From positions 7,142,202-7,206,201 of the forward strand of contig CM082588.2 of NCBI GenBank assembly GCA_040954595.2: a stretch of 64,000 nucleotides of DNA. The letters are read 5' to 3'. How positions within the stretch are numbered: the first letter of the stretch is position 1; every line of letters begins with the position of its first letter. Made by a program: the position numbers and the translations under genes. This document shows positions 52,995-64,000 of this stretch, piece by piece. The notes under the pieces were generated by a model. It was not told where the DNA came from and did not search any database. It saw nothing but the letters and a program-made list of their open reading frames with translations. This DNA comes from Balanoglossus misakiensis. Taxonomy: Eukaryota > Animalia > Hemichordata.

Positions 52995-53362
52995 TCATCC
53001 ATTGATGCTATAATAGACTCATACACATACGTGTACTATAGTCTATATACTAGTAGCTGGTCATGGTTCCAAGTATGTGTAATCTGTTTAGGGGTTAGAT
53101 TTTCTCTGTGTTTACACTAAATTTTATTCCAGCCTTTACCCCCTTCAGACCCATAGCAAACCAGTCATCTCTGCTCCGGCCATTGAGGTGCCTAGTGTAT
53201 TTTTTTAAATTTTAATCCAACTTACATTGTAACACCTGCACACACAGGGCTGACATAAACGGCCTAATATGAACCCCACTAGTTATAAGTTTCTTATGCA
53301 TTTTCAATTCAGGTGATTTTGTACTTGCTGGTTGCCATTTGACTTTTCACGTGATGTGAAAG

Positions 53363-53704
53363 ATGTCGTTGCGAGAACGCTTCCACTCTGAAAACACTTT
53401 GGTGTGTTTGCTTCAAGCCCTCACTGGGAAGGTGACAACTGTTGAACTTCGCAATGAACGAACTGTGACCGGGACCTTGGAGAGCGTGGATGCGTACATG
53501 AATATCAGCATGACGGACGTGGAGTGCGTTGACCTCAGGGGGAACGCGACGGCCCTGAGTGACTTCTTCGTGCAGGGCAAGATGATTCGGTTCGTGCAGA
53601 TACCGGACGAGGTGAACATCGCGGACGCGATTAAGAGGCAGATCTGGGGTTGGCAGGAGAGGAGAACGGTCAAAGCGAGAAAACCGAAACCCAAAAAGAA
53701 GTAG
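53363..53704 (+). CDS. LSM10: U7 snRNP-specific Sm-like protein LSm10, 113 aa, single coding exon
   Basis: SENTLVCLLQALTGKVTTVELRNE...VDAYMNI...FFVQGKMIRFVQIPDEVNI matches human LSM10 as I recall it ([24 protein letters not shown]...VDAFMNI...LFVTGRNVRYVHIPDDVNI). Confidence 0.95.
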   Translation: MSLRERFHSENTLVCLLQALTGKVTTVELRNERTVTGTLESVDAYMNISMTDVECVDLRGNATALSDFFVQGKMIRFVQIPDEVNIADAIKRQIWGWQERRTVKARKPKPKKK

Positions 53705-54145
53705 AACTTGAGAAGTAGTACTACAAGATGTTGTTAAATGTTCAATGACAAGACCATACCTACAGAATTTAACGACTTGTAGGTTGCCATGGTTTTATTG
53801 AGTCACATGGCATTCAGACACCAATCACAAGAGAAACTCCCCATTCATCTTTTGAAGGACGTTATTAATCCAGGGGATGTATACATTAACCCTTTCACCA
53901 CCGGGGGCCACAGTCAACTATAACATTGCTGGTAATGCATATATTGACTGTGGTGAGTGACAAACTGAATACTATGCATATCCACATGATGTAGGGAGTA
54001 GAACAAGAAAATAGGACACAGAACAAAAATATTGTCAAAGTTACACAAACATGATAAACACAACGTAATGTATCCTCAGTCTTCAAATAAAGAAAAAAAT
54101 TGACAGAAAATATCTGAAGAGGCTTAAAATCCACACAGTTCTTTA

Positions 54146-54291
54146 TACAGTCAAACCTGTTACTGTTTGTTACAGTCCCCATGCAATTTACATGTGCATG
54201 CATTAATTGACCTGTATATAAAGGCCACCTGTCTATAGACGTCAGTTTAGGAAAGTCCCTTGACTGGCCACTATACACAGGTTTGACTGTA
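54146..54291. mobile_element. Tc1/pogo-type MITE (family T2)
   Basis: TA-CAGTCAAACCTGT ... ACAGGTTTGACTG-TA. Confidence 0.8.
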
Positions 54292-55454
54292 ACATGACAT
54301 ATAGTCCATGGGCCAGAGACCGACCCCCCCCCCCCGGTGTTTTTGCAGACCAGTATATTCTATACTTGCTCTATACTGATTAAAAATACCATCAATCATA
54401 CAAGAAGTGCCAAGAAATTATTTCACAGCAAGTCGAGATTAACTGCATTCTGGATAAGATTTTTTTTTTGCAAAATCAGCACTTTCATATAAAATGGCAA
54501 ACACCAATAACTCGAACGTTGAAAGCGGCTTTTGCACCGAAATTTTCAGTGTCGTTTTATCAAGATGAATGGCCCGAGCACGTGTTGCAGTATGTCAGGA
54601 AGTCTCACAAAAGAACTGGCACGGTATCTATGTTGGAATTTAATTCTCAAAGATCATATCGTGTTCATCTCTTCATTTGGAATATACTCTACGTAAAAGA
54701 TGACGCACGAGTTTTTATCTCTTTTTTATACTCTGTATAGTGTTATCTCCACACCGTTTGTGAAAACGTACAAGTCATCAGGAATGATATAGTCCCCGCT
54801 TGAGAAACGTGAGTCCTGGTTATCAGTCCCAGTCCATAGTCCCATGGCCGGAGGGGGGGGGGGGTTGGCTCTATACGTCCATGCGTGCGTGGGTATTACT
54901 CATTCAGTGATGCTGTTAATTAGGCCTACATGTGTGTCCTTTGAAGCACAGCATAGCCGACAAATTTCAATCATGAACGTACACCAATTAATGTAGAACG
55001 GCACTTTACAATAAGCATGTGGTGCCCAATGTTCATTAACGAGAGATTAAACTCGCAGCTGTAGCCTTCATTAATTTTTTTTATGAAGATGCCGATAGCA
55101 TTATACACACACACAACTTTTACTGTTTTTCACAGTATAACATTAACACATAAGAATTGCTAAACTATTTTGGAACGACTGATAATTCAAAGTAGATAGC
55201 CGCAACTACTAGTATCATTCAGGCCAAAAGACTGCAATAGGTAGTCTTTGGGCAAGAAGCAGTTTGCATTGGCCCCAGAACTTTGTTTAAGGCCCCTTTG
55301 GAAACCGAAGTACAATGAAAGCTAACGTCATTAGTGACCCGTTTCAAAGCCTTTAACAAGTTTATCTATTTGCTCGTATGTCACATCAGATAGCCCGCTG
55401 TGTAATTTCCGCCACGGGCAAAATTATCACCAAGTACATTAAAATTATAAAACC

Positions 55455-55544
55455 AGATAACAGCGAACAAAGTGTATATAAACGTGCTGTGGCATACACA
55501 CTTCACCTTCAGCTAATTTGCAAGTATATCTTTGCTGTCTAGAG
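55455..55544 (+). promoter_or_regulatory. GATA + TATA promoter and non-coding exon 1 of peptide gene 1
   Basis: AGATAA..AAAGTGTATATAA (TATA at 55475)..TCACCTT..GAG|GTAAGTGTTGGAAT; the same layout recurs at 58996-59081. Confidence 0.7.
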
Positions 55545-56694
55545 GTAAGTGTTGGAATGATTGGAAAATGCGTATGTGTGGAAAGGGGGGGGGGTATATG
55601 TTTGTAGTATGTATACATGTACTAGTATCTTCTTTATAGATTTGTGAACTTCACCGTTGCCATTGCAAAATACTGTGGATTCTCTTCATGGGTCAATTCA
55701 CGATATTGTGTTAACAGCATAAAATCGAGAACAAATGTTATGTCTTTTTAAAAAATATTTACTCTTCACGTACCAACTACACAAAATGAACAATAATTCT
55801 GAGTTTGTCAAAATTTGGAGAAAAAAAAATTCTGGGATGTGAAATCTTTTGTCATCTGATTGATTTCTGTAAATTTTCGTTTTTAGATATTTACACTTAA
55901 CGTACCAAATCCACAAAGTGAACACATTTTTTCATTTTTGGAAGAAATGTGTCGATTTCTGCGCATGCGACTCTGGGATGTAAAACCTTTCGTCTAACTG
56001 ATTTCTGTAAACCTTTTTTTTTTATCAAGACAGAGTTTTTATTTCTATATGGTACATGTGAGCTCGATTTATAACTAACGAATGGGGTTTTAAATTATTT
56101 AAAGAGCTTTAAAAAGTTAATATATTTTAAAACGTAGGCTAAATGTTTTTATTGAAGATATCAAATGCTTGCAGCTCAATGGGCATTAAAAGTACATCGG
56201 TAGATAATCGCTTGGCATGGCCAACGTCGAATTGAATTTCATTGTAATGTTTTCCATACTGCACGTCTTTATCACAGTTGTCTAATTTCATAGGTCGCTA
56301 TTTAAATGTTTGGTTGTTTTTATAGCCTATTCTGTACTTCCCGACAGTTCCACGTTTCCATAAGGCCATCATAGTGCCCATTGGGAGATATTTAACTCAG
56401 TCCTTGGGATAATTTCATTGCAAATGGCCGTTAATGAGACTGTTAGCCCATGTGCATAGAATCAACTGGTACCTTTTTTCATCCACTGTCATAGACAGTG
56501 TTAGCATTTTAACACCAACATTAAAATAATAGCCATTGAAAAATTGGCGAACACCTCAGGGGTGTGCGGGTGTGATAAAGTTATGGCCGTATGTCAAAAG
56601 TGCTAGCACAAGTTTTTACCAGATGTGTCTATTTTTTTTCAAATTTATCACATATTGTCTAAAATAAAACTTCTAACTTTCAATTTGACTTCAG

Positions 56695-56758
56695 GTTGCG
56701 AACCACTCAAGTATTTTTTCGTCGTGTTTATCTGACCCAACCAGTTAAAACTACAAAG
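56695..56758 (+). other. Non-coding exon 2 of peptide gene 1
   Basis: CAG|GTT...ACTACAAAG|GTATGT; homologous to 59792-59854. Confidence 0.7.
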
Positions 56759-57410
56759 GTATGTATCCACTTTCGTATAATAAATCATGAACTTGGATCA
56801 ACGATCGAGTAGACAATAGTGCCTGCGCCATTTTGTAACTGTGCGCATCGCAAGAAGTCTTCAGAGCAGGGCTGTTGTATCTATTCCGAAACTGTCACTG
56901 TTTTTATCTCGTTATAATTTCACCATGGTGATCATAGCAACTGCCAATTTGTCTGTCATATATGCATATCGAATCAAAACATCCAAACTATAACACTTTG
57001 GTAAGAGTTCTTGTATCAACTATCAAGAACAAGGTTTAGATATCCCTGATTGTATGACAGACGAGAAAAAGTGGAACCCGCAGAGTTTTGTACTTTTTAT
57101 GGATGGAGTTATAAACTCATACAACATGTTCGCAATTATGTTTTCGCCAAAATAACTGTATGTCCGAACTTTTTTGTTCGTTTTTGCAACGCATGTGCAA
57201 ACTAGCAGTTCGTGAAGTTGCATGGCAATGTCCGTGTGTATCACGAATCCTGGGTAATTCCGATGGGAACAGGCAATAAAATACCCCCCCCCCCCCCAAA
57301 AAAGTACCAAGATATAAACAGTTGTGTGTCCCCATGTAACCATCAGTAATACTTCGCATCATTTTTTGACTAAAAGCATCATATGTTACTCTTTTACATT
57401 TCGTTCCCAG

Positions 57411-57608
57411 ATGAGGGCAGTTCTGTTGGCAATTCTGGTGGTGTGTTTGGTGGGTGTTGCCGTGGGCAACTTCGACTGTTCATCAATGTGCTCCTACTGC
57501 GAGGACGCAGGCGCCTTGAGCCCGGAAACGATTACCCAGTGTGCCGATCTCTGCAGTGTTGGCGAAGAACAGCTCTGCACGAGCTATGTCGAAGAGACCG
57601 TGGGTTAG
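57411..57608 (+). CDS. Secreted acidic six-cysteine peptide precursor 1 (65 aa)
   Basis: The ATG follows directly on the acceptor TTCCCAG. MRAVLLAILVVCLVGVAVG (signal-like) + NFDCSSMCSYCEDAGALSPETITQCADLCSVGEEQLCTSYVEETVG*. Paralogue at 60581. Confidence 0.85.
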   Translation: MRAVLLAILVVCLVGVAVGNFDCSSMCSYCEDAGALSPETITQCADLCSVGEEQLCTSYVEETVG

Positions 57609-57615
57609 ACCACAG

Positions 57616-57679
57616 TTTCGGCAACGTCACTCCACGATTTCAGCAACGTCACTGCTCCGCGATTTCCGCAACGTCCACC
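57616..57679 (+). repeat. 3 x ~22-25-nt tandem repeat (TTTC.GCAACGTC) in the 3'UTR of peptide gene 1
   Basis: Read directly. Confidence 0.75.
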
Positions 57680-58995
57680 AAGAAAACTATAGGCAACCAC
57701 TTAGACATCGGATCGTACAATGAACTTTCCTTGTAGTGTAGATTGTATACACCCAGATTTCATGTAAATTTATTGTATTTCCATCCAATGTCTGTAACAT
57801 TCTAATGTAAAACAGAATACAGACTTGAAGAGCAAATACGTCTCTTTGTCTTTTTTCCTCCCAGCGCAATGGCCATCAAATCAGAATCCCGCCCAGTCAA
57901 ATGGTAGCATTGGAAAACACGTGCCTCGTGGACATATATTTAGAAAATGATAGTTTTCCAAACCCTTAATTATCTAATTATTAAAGTGTGTTCACGAGAA
58001 GTCTATTTGAAAACAAAGAAGGAAACATGGTACTCATCGTCCTGTTTTCATAAAAAAAAACGACGACAAATTTGGAAAACTTTTTTGCTCTCTCATACAA
58101 CATTTTGCGCAGGGGGGGGGGGGGCGTTATAAGCATACCAAGTAGTGCTACCTTTAACTGCGACTGCGCGTAGGTATGGATCCCATACGACACAGTTCCC
58201 GACAAGTCAAAGAAGAGAATCGAGACTTGAAGACAGAAAGTTGCCATGTGCTCCCTTTTAGCACATTTCTTCAAAGACAAGCAACTGGCTTTCAGTGTCT
58301 TTTTCACCCCTAATTTACATATTTCCCTATATGGTCATAGGTGTGCCGAATCAAATGATTATGTGGTGACGTACTATTCACGGTTGGCTGCTTCGTTCAT
58401 TCTAAGAATTATGTAATTTCAGGGATTTGATGAGTACGTACAAACATTTGAATGTCAAAACTGCCGTGAAGTAAAACAAACAAATTTGAGGACGAATGAC
58501 CCTTGTCTAACAAAGGCGAGTTTTGACATGCGAGAAGTGGACTGGGTTTTGTTTTGTTCTCTTTTGTTTTGTTTTGTTTTGTTTTGTTTTGTTTTTGGGT
58601 GATAATATTACTAAACTGAAGCACCCAATGCACTAGCTAAGATCACACGTGGTCGTTCATTGTCACCTTGAATGGGGAAAAAAACAGGACTGGTGTTTCT
58701 TCTGGAATAAAACCCAATGTTCAATACCTTACTTCTGCGCAACTCAAACCGTTTTCATTGTACATTCTATTCCAATAATGAGCACAACGCATTTGTCATT
58801 CAAGGCGTTTTGAAATCGTTATCTATTTCATCAGCAGTTGCGCTCGCATCCGTAACATGACGTCAGACAGGTTTTTCAGTTTACAATAACCCGGGAAATA
58901 GTCAATGAGGTTTTTTGTTTCCTCCAACGAGATAGCCACGTTGCAATTTCCGCTAAAATTTCGCCAGAAGCGCGGTTAGCAGATTTTGTAAATCG

Positions 58996-59081
58996 AGATA
59001 AGGACAAGAAAGTGTATATAAGAACGTCATGTGCGAGGCAATCGTCACCTTTCCTGCTTCTGGTATCTGGAACTTTTGGAG
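58996..59081 (+). promoter_or_regulatory. GATA + TATA promoter and non-coding exon 1 of peptide gene 2
   Basis: AGATAA..AAAGTGTATATAAG (TATA at 59015)..TCACCTT..GAG|GTAAGTGTTGGAAT. Confidence 0.7.
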
Positions 59082-59791
59082 GTAAGTGTTGGAATATCAC
59101 ATTTTTTAGCAAACACAACATTTGAGTATTTTTGGATAGCACATTCAAAGTGACAACTCCACCAGCATGTAACATTTGTTCTTGTTCACACGTAAAGAGT
59201 TATTTCAACTGTAGCCCTAAGCCATACCCCAACCAATAAGCTTTGTTAAAGGGAAGGAGTCCGCCGTCGCGTCATTTTCTTAACTAAACAGTGTCAGAAA
59301 ACGAAGTTACGAACGCGATGCTAACCAAAACTCGCTACGATGAATGTAGACACGGGCAGCGCCAAATATTCCCACAGAGCAGTTCCAAAATAAAACGTCT
59401 GTAAATTCAACAGCGCATTTGCGACTGTGATTTAACCGCACATTTTCCCTGCTGCATGCTAGTTCAGGGGCGCGTTTTATGCCAGCCGTGGTAAACAGTA
59501 TTTACCATCGCTGGATTGGGCTCTCGTCCAATCAGATTGGCGGACGGTAGCATGGTATAATATAATAAAGTTTAGAGTGGTTTTATTTTTTCGGATTGTT
59601 GCAAACAGTGGATTTACTCAAATGAAAATAATTAATAGTTTGCAGTCAGTCGTAAACATTGAGAACGCTTTAATAGTTCTTACATATCAGAACACAGCCA
59701 ATTTTGTAGAATGGCCGACATTTCTTGTCATATATTTCCTCGTGTCTTCCTTAACTAATTCCTGTCAATTTTCTTATTCGACCTACCTCAG

Positions 59792-59854
59792 GTTTCGACA
59801 AACTCAAGTTAGCTTTCGCTGTGTTACCTGACTCGACCAGTTTAAACTACAAAG
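59792..59854 (+). other. Non-coding exon 2 of peptide gene 2
   Basis: CAG|GTT...ACTACAAAG|GTATGT; homologous to 56695-56758. Confidence 0.7.
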
Positions 59855-60580
59855 GTATGTGTGGAGGATGTATTCATTACTATCAATCACGTGATCTGGC
59901 CATGTGACCCTCGGCATTGTCATTTCCAAATGAAGGGCAAGCAAAATTTCGGCATCCAGTACAAGTTTTTCCGAGTATGTTTTTACTTTAGAACCGCCAG
60001 ACATGTATCAGGTATAATGCCAATATCAGCCTCATGGCGTTTCGTCTGCACAGTCTTTGTCTGCACCACGTTGCTGAAGTTGCCCTTCATCTGGAAATTT
60101 GAATTTAACTGCGCCTGAGCACGTCTGACGTCATTTGATATCGAAGAATTAAAGGTATACCGTCACCTTTAAAAAATTAACTATAGTTACGCAAAAAAAG
60201 GGCGCCACTATATGTTCCGTTTAGAACGCTCAAATACACCATTCTGCCATATATGGTCGTATGTAAATTGGAGGTGACTGTATACTTTTAATGCAACTGT
60301 TTTCATCATAGCAATAACCAATGCTGTCTGTCTCATCTATATCGAATCCAAACTATCGGGTCTGACATGATAAGAGATTTTAAGGGGGTACAGCTAATGA
60401 TTAAAGTGATAGAACCTCTTCGTTTCTGTCCCGTTTGTTTAAAATTTCGCGACCAGGAGATGTTGTGATATTAAAATAATGTCCTCAAAATATATTTGTG
60501 CTCGCACAAGTTTACAAAGCCGTGATGGTTTGTTCGCCTCTGTCGACTCACAAGCATTTCATTTTTTTCTTTGTTCTCAG

Positions 60581-60784
60581 ATGAGGGCTGTTCTGTTGGC
60601 AATTCTGGTGGTGTGTTTGGTGGGCGCTGCAACTGCATTAAGTGAGTTTGACTGTTCAGTAATGTGCGCCTTCTGCGAGGAAGCTGGACTCTTCGAGGAG
60701 GCGAATCCCACCCAGGAAGAAGTCACCGCGTGTGCAGTCAAGTGCTGTGAAGGCGTGGAAAACGAGTGCACGAACAACCGCTGA
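60581..60784 (+). CDS. Secreted acidic seven-cysteine peptide precursor 2 (67 aa)
   Basis: The ATG follows directly on the acceptor TTCTCAG. MRAVLLAILVVCLVGAATA + LSEFDCSVMCAFCEEAGLFEEANPTQEEVTACAVKCCEGVENECTNNR*. AATAAA at ~60853. Confidence 0.85.
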   Translation: MRAVLLAILVVCLVGAATALSEFDCSVMCAFCEEAGLFEEANPTQEEVTACAVKCCEGVENECTNNR

Positions 60785-61032
60785 GTGGGAAAATCCGACG
60801 ATTCGAGCTCCTCCGTTATCTGGAATATCTAAATGCCTCACCAAGTCGACAAAATAAAATGGTGTATAGGCCTACACCAGGCTGCTGTATGCTGTATGAA
60901 ATTACATTGTAGTGCGCAAATTGCATGTTAATTTGTTACTTTTCAGTTCCATGTGTTATAGTTTCCTTATTTGAACTCAATACAGTCTTGAAAAGCATAT
61001 TTATTTCGCACATTGTCTTTATTTCAACAGGC

Positions 61033-61198
61033 TAAGGGAGCCTTCAGTAATTACAGGGGGTGGGCCGGTTGAATCAGGGGTGGGTCACTTTTTACAACCC
61101 TGTCTTTGGGGGGGGGGGGGAGGGTCACATTTAATAGTTCAGGTGTGCTCTGAATCCCCCCGCCCACCCACTGTAATTTATGAACCCCCCCCCCCTAA
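61033..61198. mobile_element. G-rich MITE (PIF/Harbinger-like ends)
   Basis: TAAGGGAGCCTTCAGTAATTACAG ... CTGTAATTTATGAACCCCCCCCCCCTAA. Confidence 0.55.
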
Positions 61199-61373
61199 GT
61201 CATAACAAGGATAGACTCTTTTGGAGTTTGCGATTCATGGACTGTGCAATAGATAACCGTACCGTAAAAACAGCAAATCGGCTATTCTCGTGACGTCTCC
61301 CGTTTTCACATTTCCATTCTGCGCATGCGTCATTCAAATCCAACGGCCAACAGACGAACCCAAATAACATTTG

Positions 61374-61471
61374 GGGAGCCGTCATTATTTACGGCCGGGG
61401 GGAATACTCAGAATTTTAGAGTTTCTAGTGAAATTCCTCCGACCCCCAGGCCGTAAAGAATGACGGCTCCC
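61374..61471. mobile_element. MITE with ~23-nt TIR (PIF/Harbinger-like ends)
   Basis: GGGAGCCGTCATTATTTACGGCC ... GGCCGTAAAGAATGACGGCTCCC. Confidence 0.7.
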
Positions 61472-61820
61472 TCGCCGTGGATAAATGAAATATGGTAAGA
61501 AATAAACATAGACATGAGCAGGTTTGGGTCTAAGCGAAAACCTTCAACCATCTAGCAGCAGCAGCATATTATAGATTTTCAAACAAGAAGGTCAACACAC
61601 TCCATGAAGAAGTATGATGTAGCATAATTCATGCATCATTCAATCATATCAGCCATCTCAAAATTTTGGGTTATTTTGCTTCTAACATGCTGCTCTATCT
61701 TGACAACAGTCGCGAGTTTTTACACGGCAAACTGCTCCTATGACTAAGAAAATGGGGAAAGCTTGAAACCAAATCGCAGCAATAAACACTCACCTCGAAG
61801 TTCGGCAGATGTTTTTCATC

Positions 61821-61925
61821 TAGCTGTGGAAACACAGCTGTTCCGCCCGGGGTGTATGCTAATTCATGAATTAGCATATCCCCCCCCCCCCCTCCCCCGA
61901 CGGAACAGCTGCGTTACCACAGCTA
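61821..61925. repeat. Foldback palindrome
   Basis: TAGCTGTGGAAACACAGCTGTTCCG ... TATGCTAATTCATGAATTAGCATA ... CGGAACAGCTGCGTTACCACAGCTA. Confidence 0.75.
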
Positions 61926-62435
61926 TTTTTCATCCATACCATCCATACCTGCTATCCTCTTTGCGCATTAATATCGACCATATCTGCGTTTTTGGGGACG
62001 ATTTCTGAGGGACCTACTCTCAATCGACATTCGGTATACCTTCTCGACCAATCCTTTAAATAAGGTAGCGGCGTTGTGATTGGCTATACGTTTTTGCATC
62101 ATATATAGAAGTCGATCCAGGGGTCTTAAAAAATCCCAGACGCACTTTGTATGATTGTTACGTCAGCTTGCATTCACGCAAATATCAGCCGGATATCTCA
62201 AAGCATTGGCACAAAACATTGACAAAAACTGTTTTGGGGAGGTTGTTTAAATGTCCTGTCACGTGATGGTTGTGCAAAAATTATCACACAGATGCCACTA
62301 AAATGTCCCCTATAACTAAGCTTTCCGAAAATATATACTTTGGGGGAATTCTGAGTTCAAAAATTACCAGAGAAATGTTTATTTCAAAGAGTGAATTTCT
62401 TATTCTGCATCCTTAAAACAATTTAATACAAAGAC

Positions 62436-63126
62436 ACATTCTTATACTGTAAGCAAAATGCTGTAAAATATTTCACTAGTTTTTTTAAATTCACCGTTTT
62501 CACCGATTGATAAATCCGTTACAATAAATCCCAATGATTGTAAAATTACAATAAAACTCATTGTTATATAGCCAAATCCACCAATCTAATACCTAGTCAA
62601 TGTGCCATAACACTAAAAGTGTGAAATTACATCTCGAGCTTTGTGTGCACATATTGCTTGCAAAACTGAGAGTTTGAGGGTACATCCAATAGATAAGACA
62701 TAAGAATACTGTCAATCAAATTATGTGTAGACTAACATTTCAGAATTTATCAAATACATCTGAATGGGATTATAAAAATACTGTTTACAAACAGTGACCT
62801 TTAGTTTTGAGTTATTTCGCCATAAAGAAATATATTTTCTGGTAGTAATTTTATGACAGACGTTTTACGCGTATAATCTATAGTTGCATATTGTGACCAA
62901 TAAAAAATGTTTTAAACATATTCTTACTGTAAGAAAAATGTATGCTGTAAAAAAATTAATGTTTCACTCTGTTTTAATTTCACTTTTTTCAATGATTGAT
63001 AAATCCGTTAGAATGAATCCAAGTGAAAATGTAAAATTGCAATAAAACTCATTGTTATATAGCCAAATCCGTGAATACAATACCTAATGAATGTGCCCAA
63101 TCACTGAAAGAAAGAAATTACATCTC
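62436..63126 (+). repeat. Diverged ~200-nt direct duplication (~62436-62635 and ~62918-63126)
   Basis: Shared blocks include GATTGATAAATCCGTTA, CAATAAAACTCATTGTTATATAGCCAAATCC and GAAATTACATCTC. Confidence 0.8.
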
Positions 63127-64000
63127 AGTGAAAATAAATGCCACATGAGAAGTGTAGTATATTCGTGATAAAAATATCCTGAAAACGGTTTTCAAATACA
63201 TGAAATCACATTAAAAAATGTATATTCTGAATAATAACACAGTCTAAAAAGGTATGCTGATTATATTTTGTTGAACACAAATCCTTTTGAAGTAAGGTAC
63301 TAGCTATAAAATCCTATATATCGCACTGAGAGTTTCTCACACATTCCTGAAAACAACACACGAGTAGAATCTTCAAAAGTATGGTAACAAAAATTTTTTT
63401 TTAGAGTGATTAACTCTGCCTTAAACAATAAATATACTTCTCTTCATCTATGGTTCATGTGTATATACTTCACTGTTGCTAAGTGTGCTGATGTTGCTAT
63501 GCACACACGGAAGTTGCCTTTGGCGTTCATGGACGCCATATTGGGCCACAGTAAATATAGACACTTCACCGAACTGCATTTATTTCAAATTGTTAATTAT
63601 GGTGGAATATTCTAAAATATTCGCCTTGGATATCTGAACAACAAGAGCTCTTCACAACAAAACCGTAGACGAGAACTTATTGAAACTATTAAACGTAAAA
63701 AGATGACGCAAAGTCGCCAAATGAATAAAAAAATCAAAATTTCCATGAGTAATTTACATCTTACGGGAACAATGCACTGGCTAGGGCATTTCTAAAGATT
63801 GACATTTCACACTAATTCATATAGGCATTCTAAAATACTCTTTGTGATTTCTTGTTGATGATGACAGATAGTTATCAAAATGTGCACAAATATGAGGAAA
63901 AAGTATAACTATTACTTTACATTGTACTTTTTCAAACGATTAGTGGATACAGGGACCACCCTTACATATAAAAGCACATTGTTTGGACAAGCTCAGGGAC

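Noticed and set aside
57411-60784. Calling the peptides bona fide eclosion hormone or metallothionein
   Set aside because: The last Cys spacing (x7 vs x10) and the extreme acidity differ from EH. The signal peptide and low Cys fraction exclude metallothionein.

Overview
AT-rich, intron-containing animal genomic DNA. It is probably a marine invertebrate (inference from repeat content and gene set). I assembled the exons by hand from GT-AG sites and phase continuity. (1) 2.6-33.5 kb: four tandem minus-strand GST-fold genes (213-226 aa) of the CLIC/dehydroascorbate-reductase (DHAR) clade. They look more like plant DHAR than animal CLIC, and their active sites differ (CVFC, CPFC, CPFS, CPFS). (2) 35.2-52.4 kb: a minus-strand FANCG orthologue whose ~10 kb intron hosts two antisense SLC16/MCT-like transporter paralogues. 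(3) LSM10, head-to-head with FANCG. (4) 55.5-60.9 kb: two paralogous small secreted, very acidic Cys-rich peptide genes with a C-x3-C-x2-C...C-x3-C-x7-C frame (eclosion-hormone-like or opioid-precursor-like spacing). They share a promoter, two 5'UTR exons and a near-identical signal peptide, but the mature regions diverge. Many MITE-like elements, palindromes and microsatellites are interspersed. No autonomous transposon ORF, rRNA, tRNA or CRISPR array was recognised.
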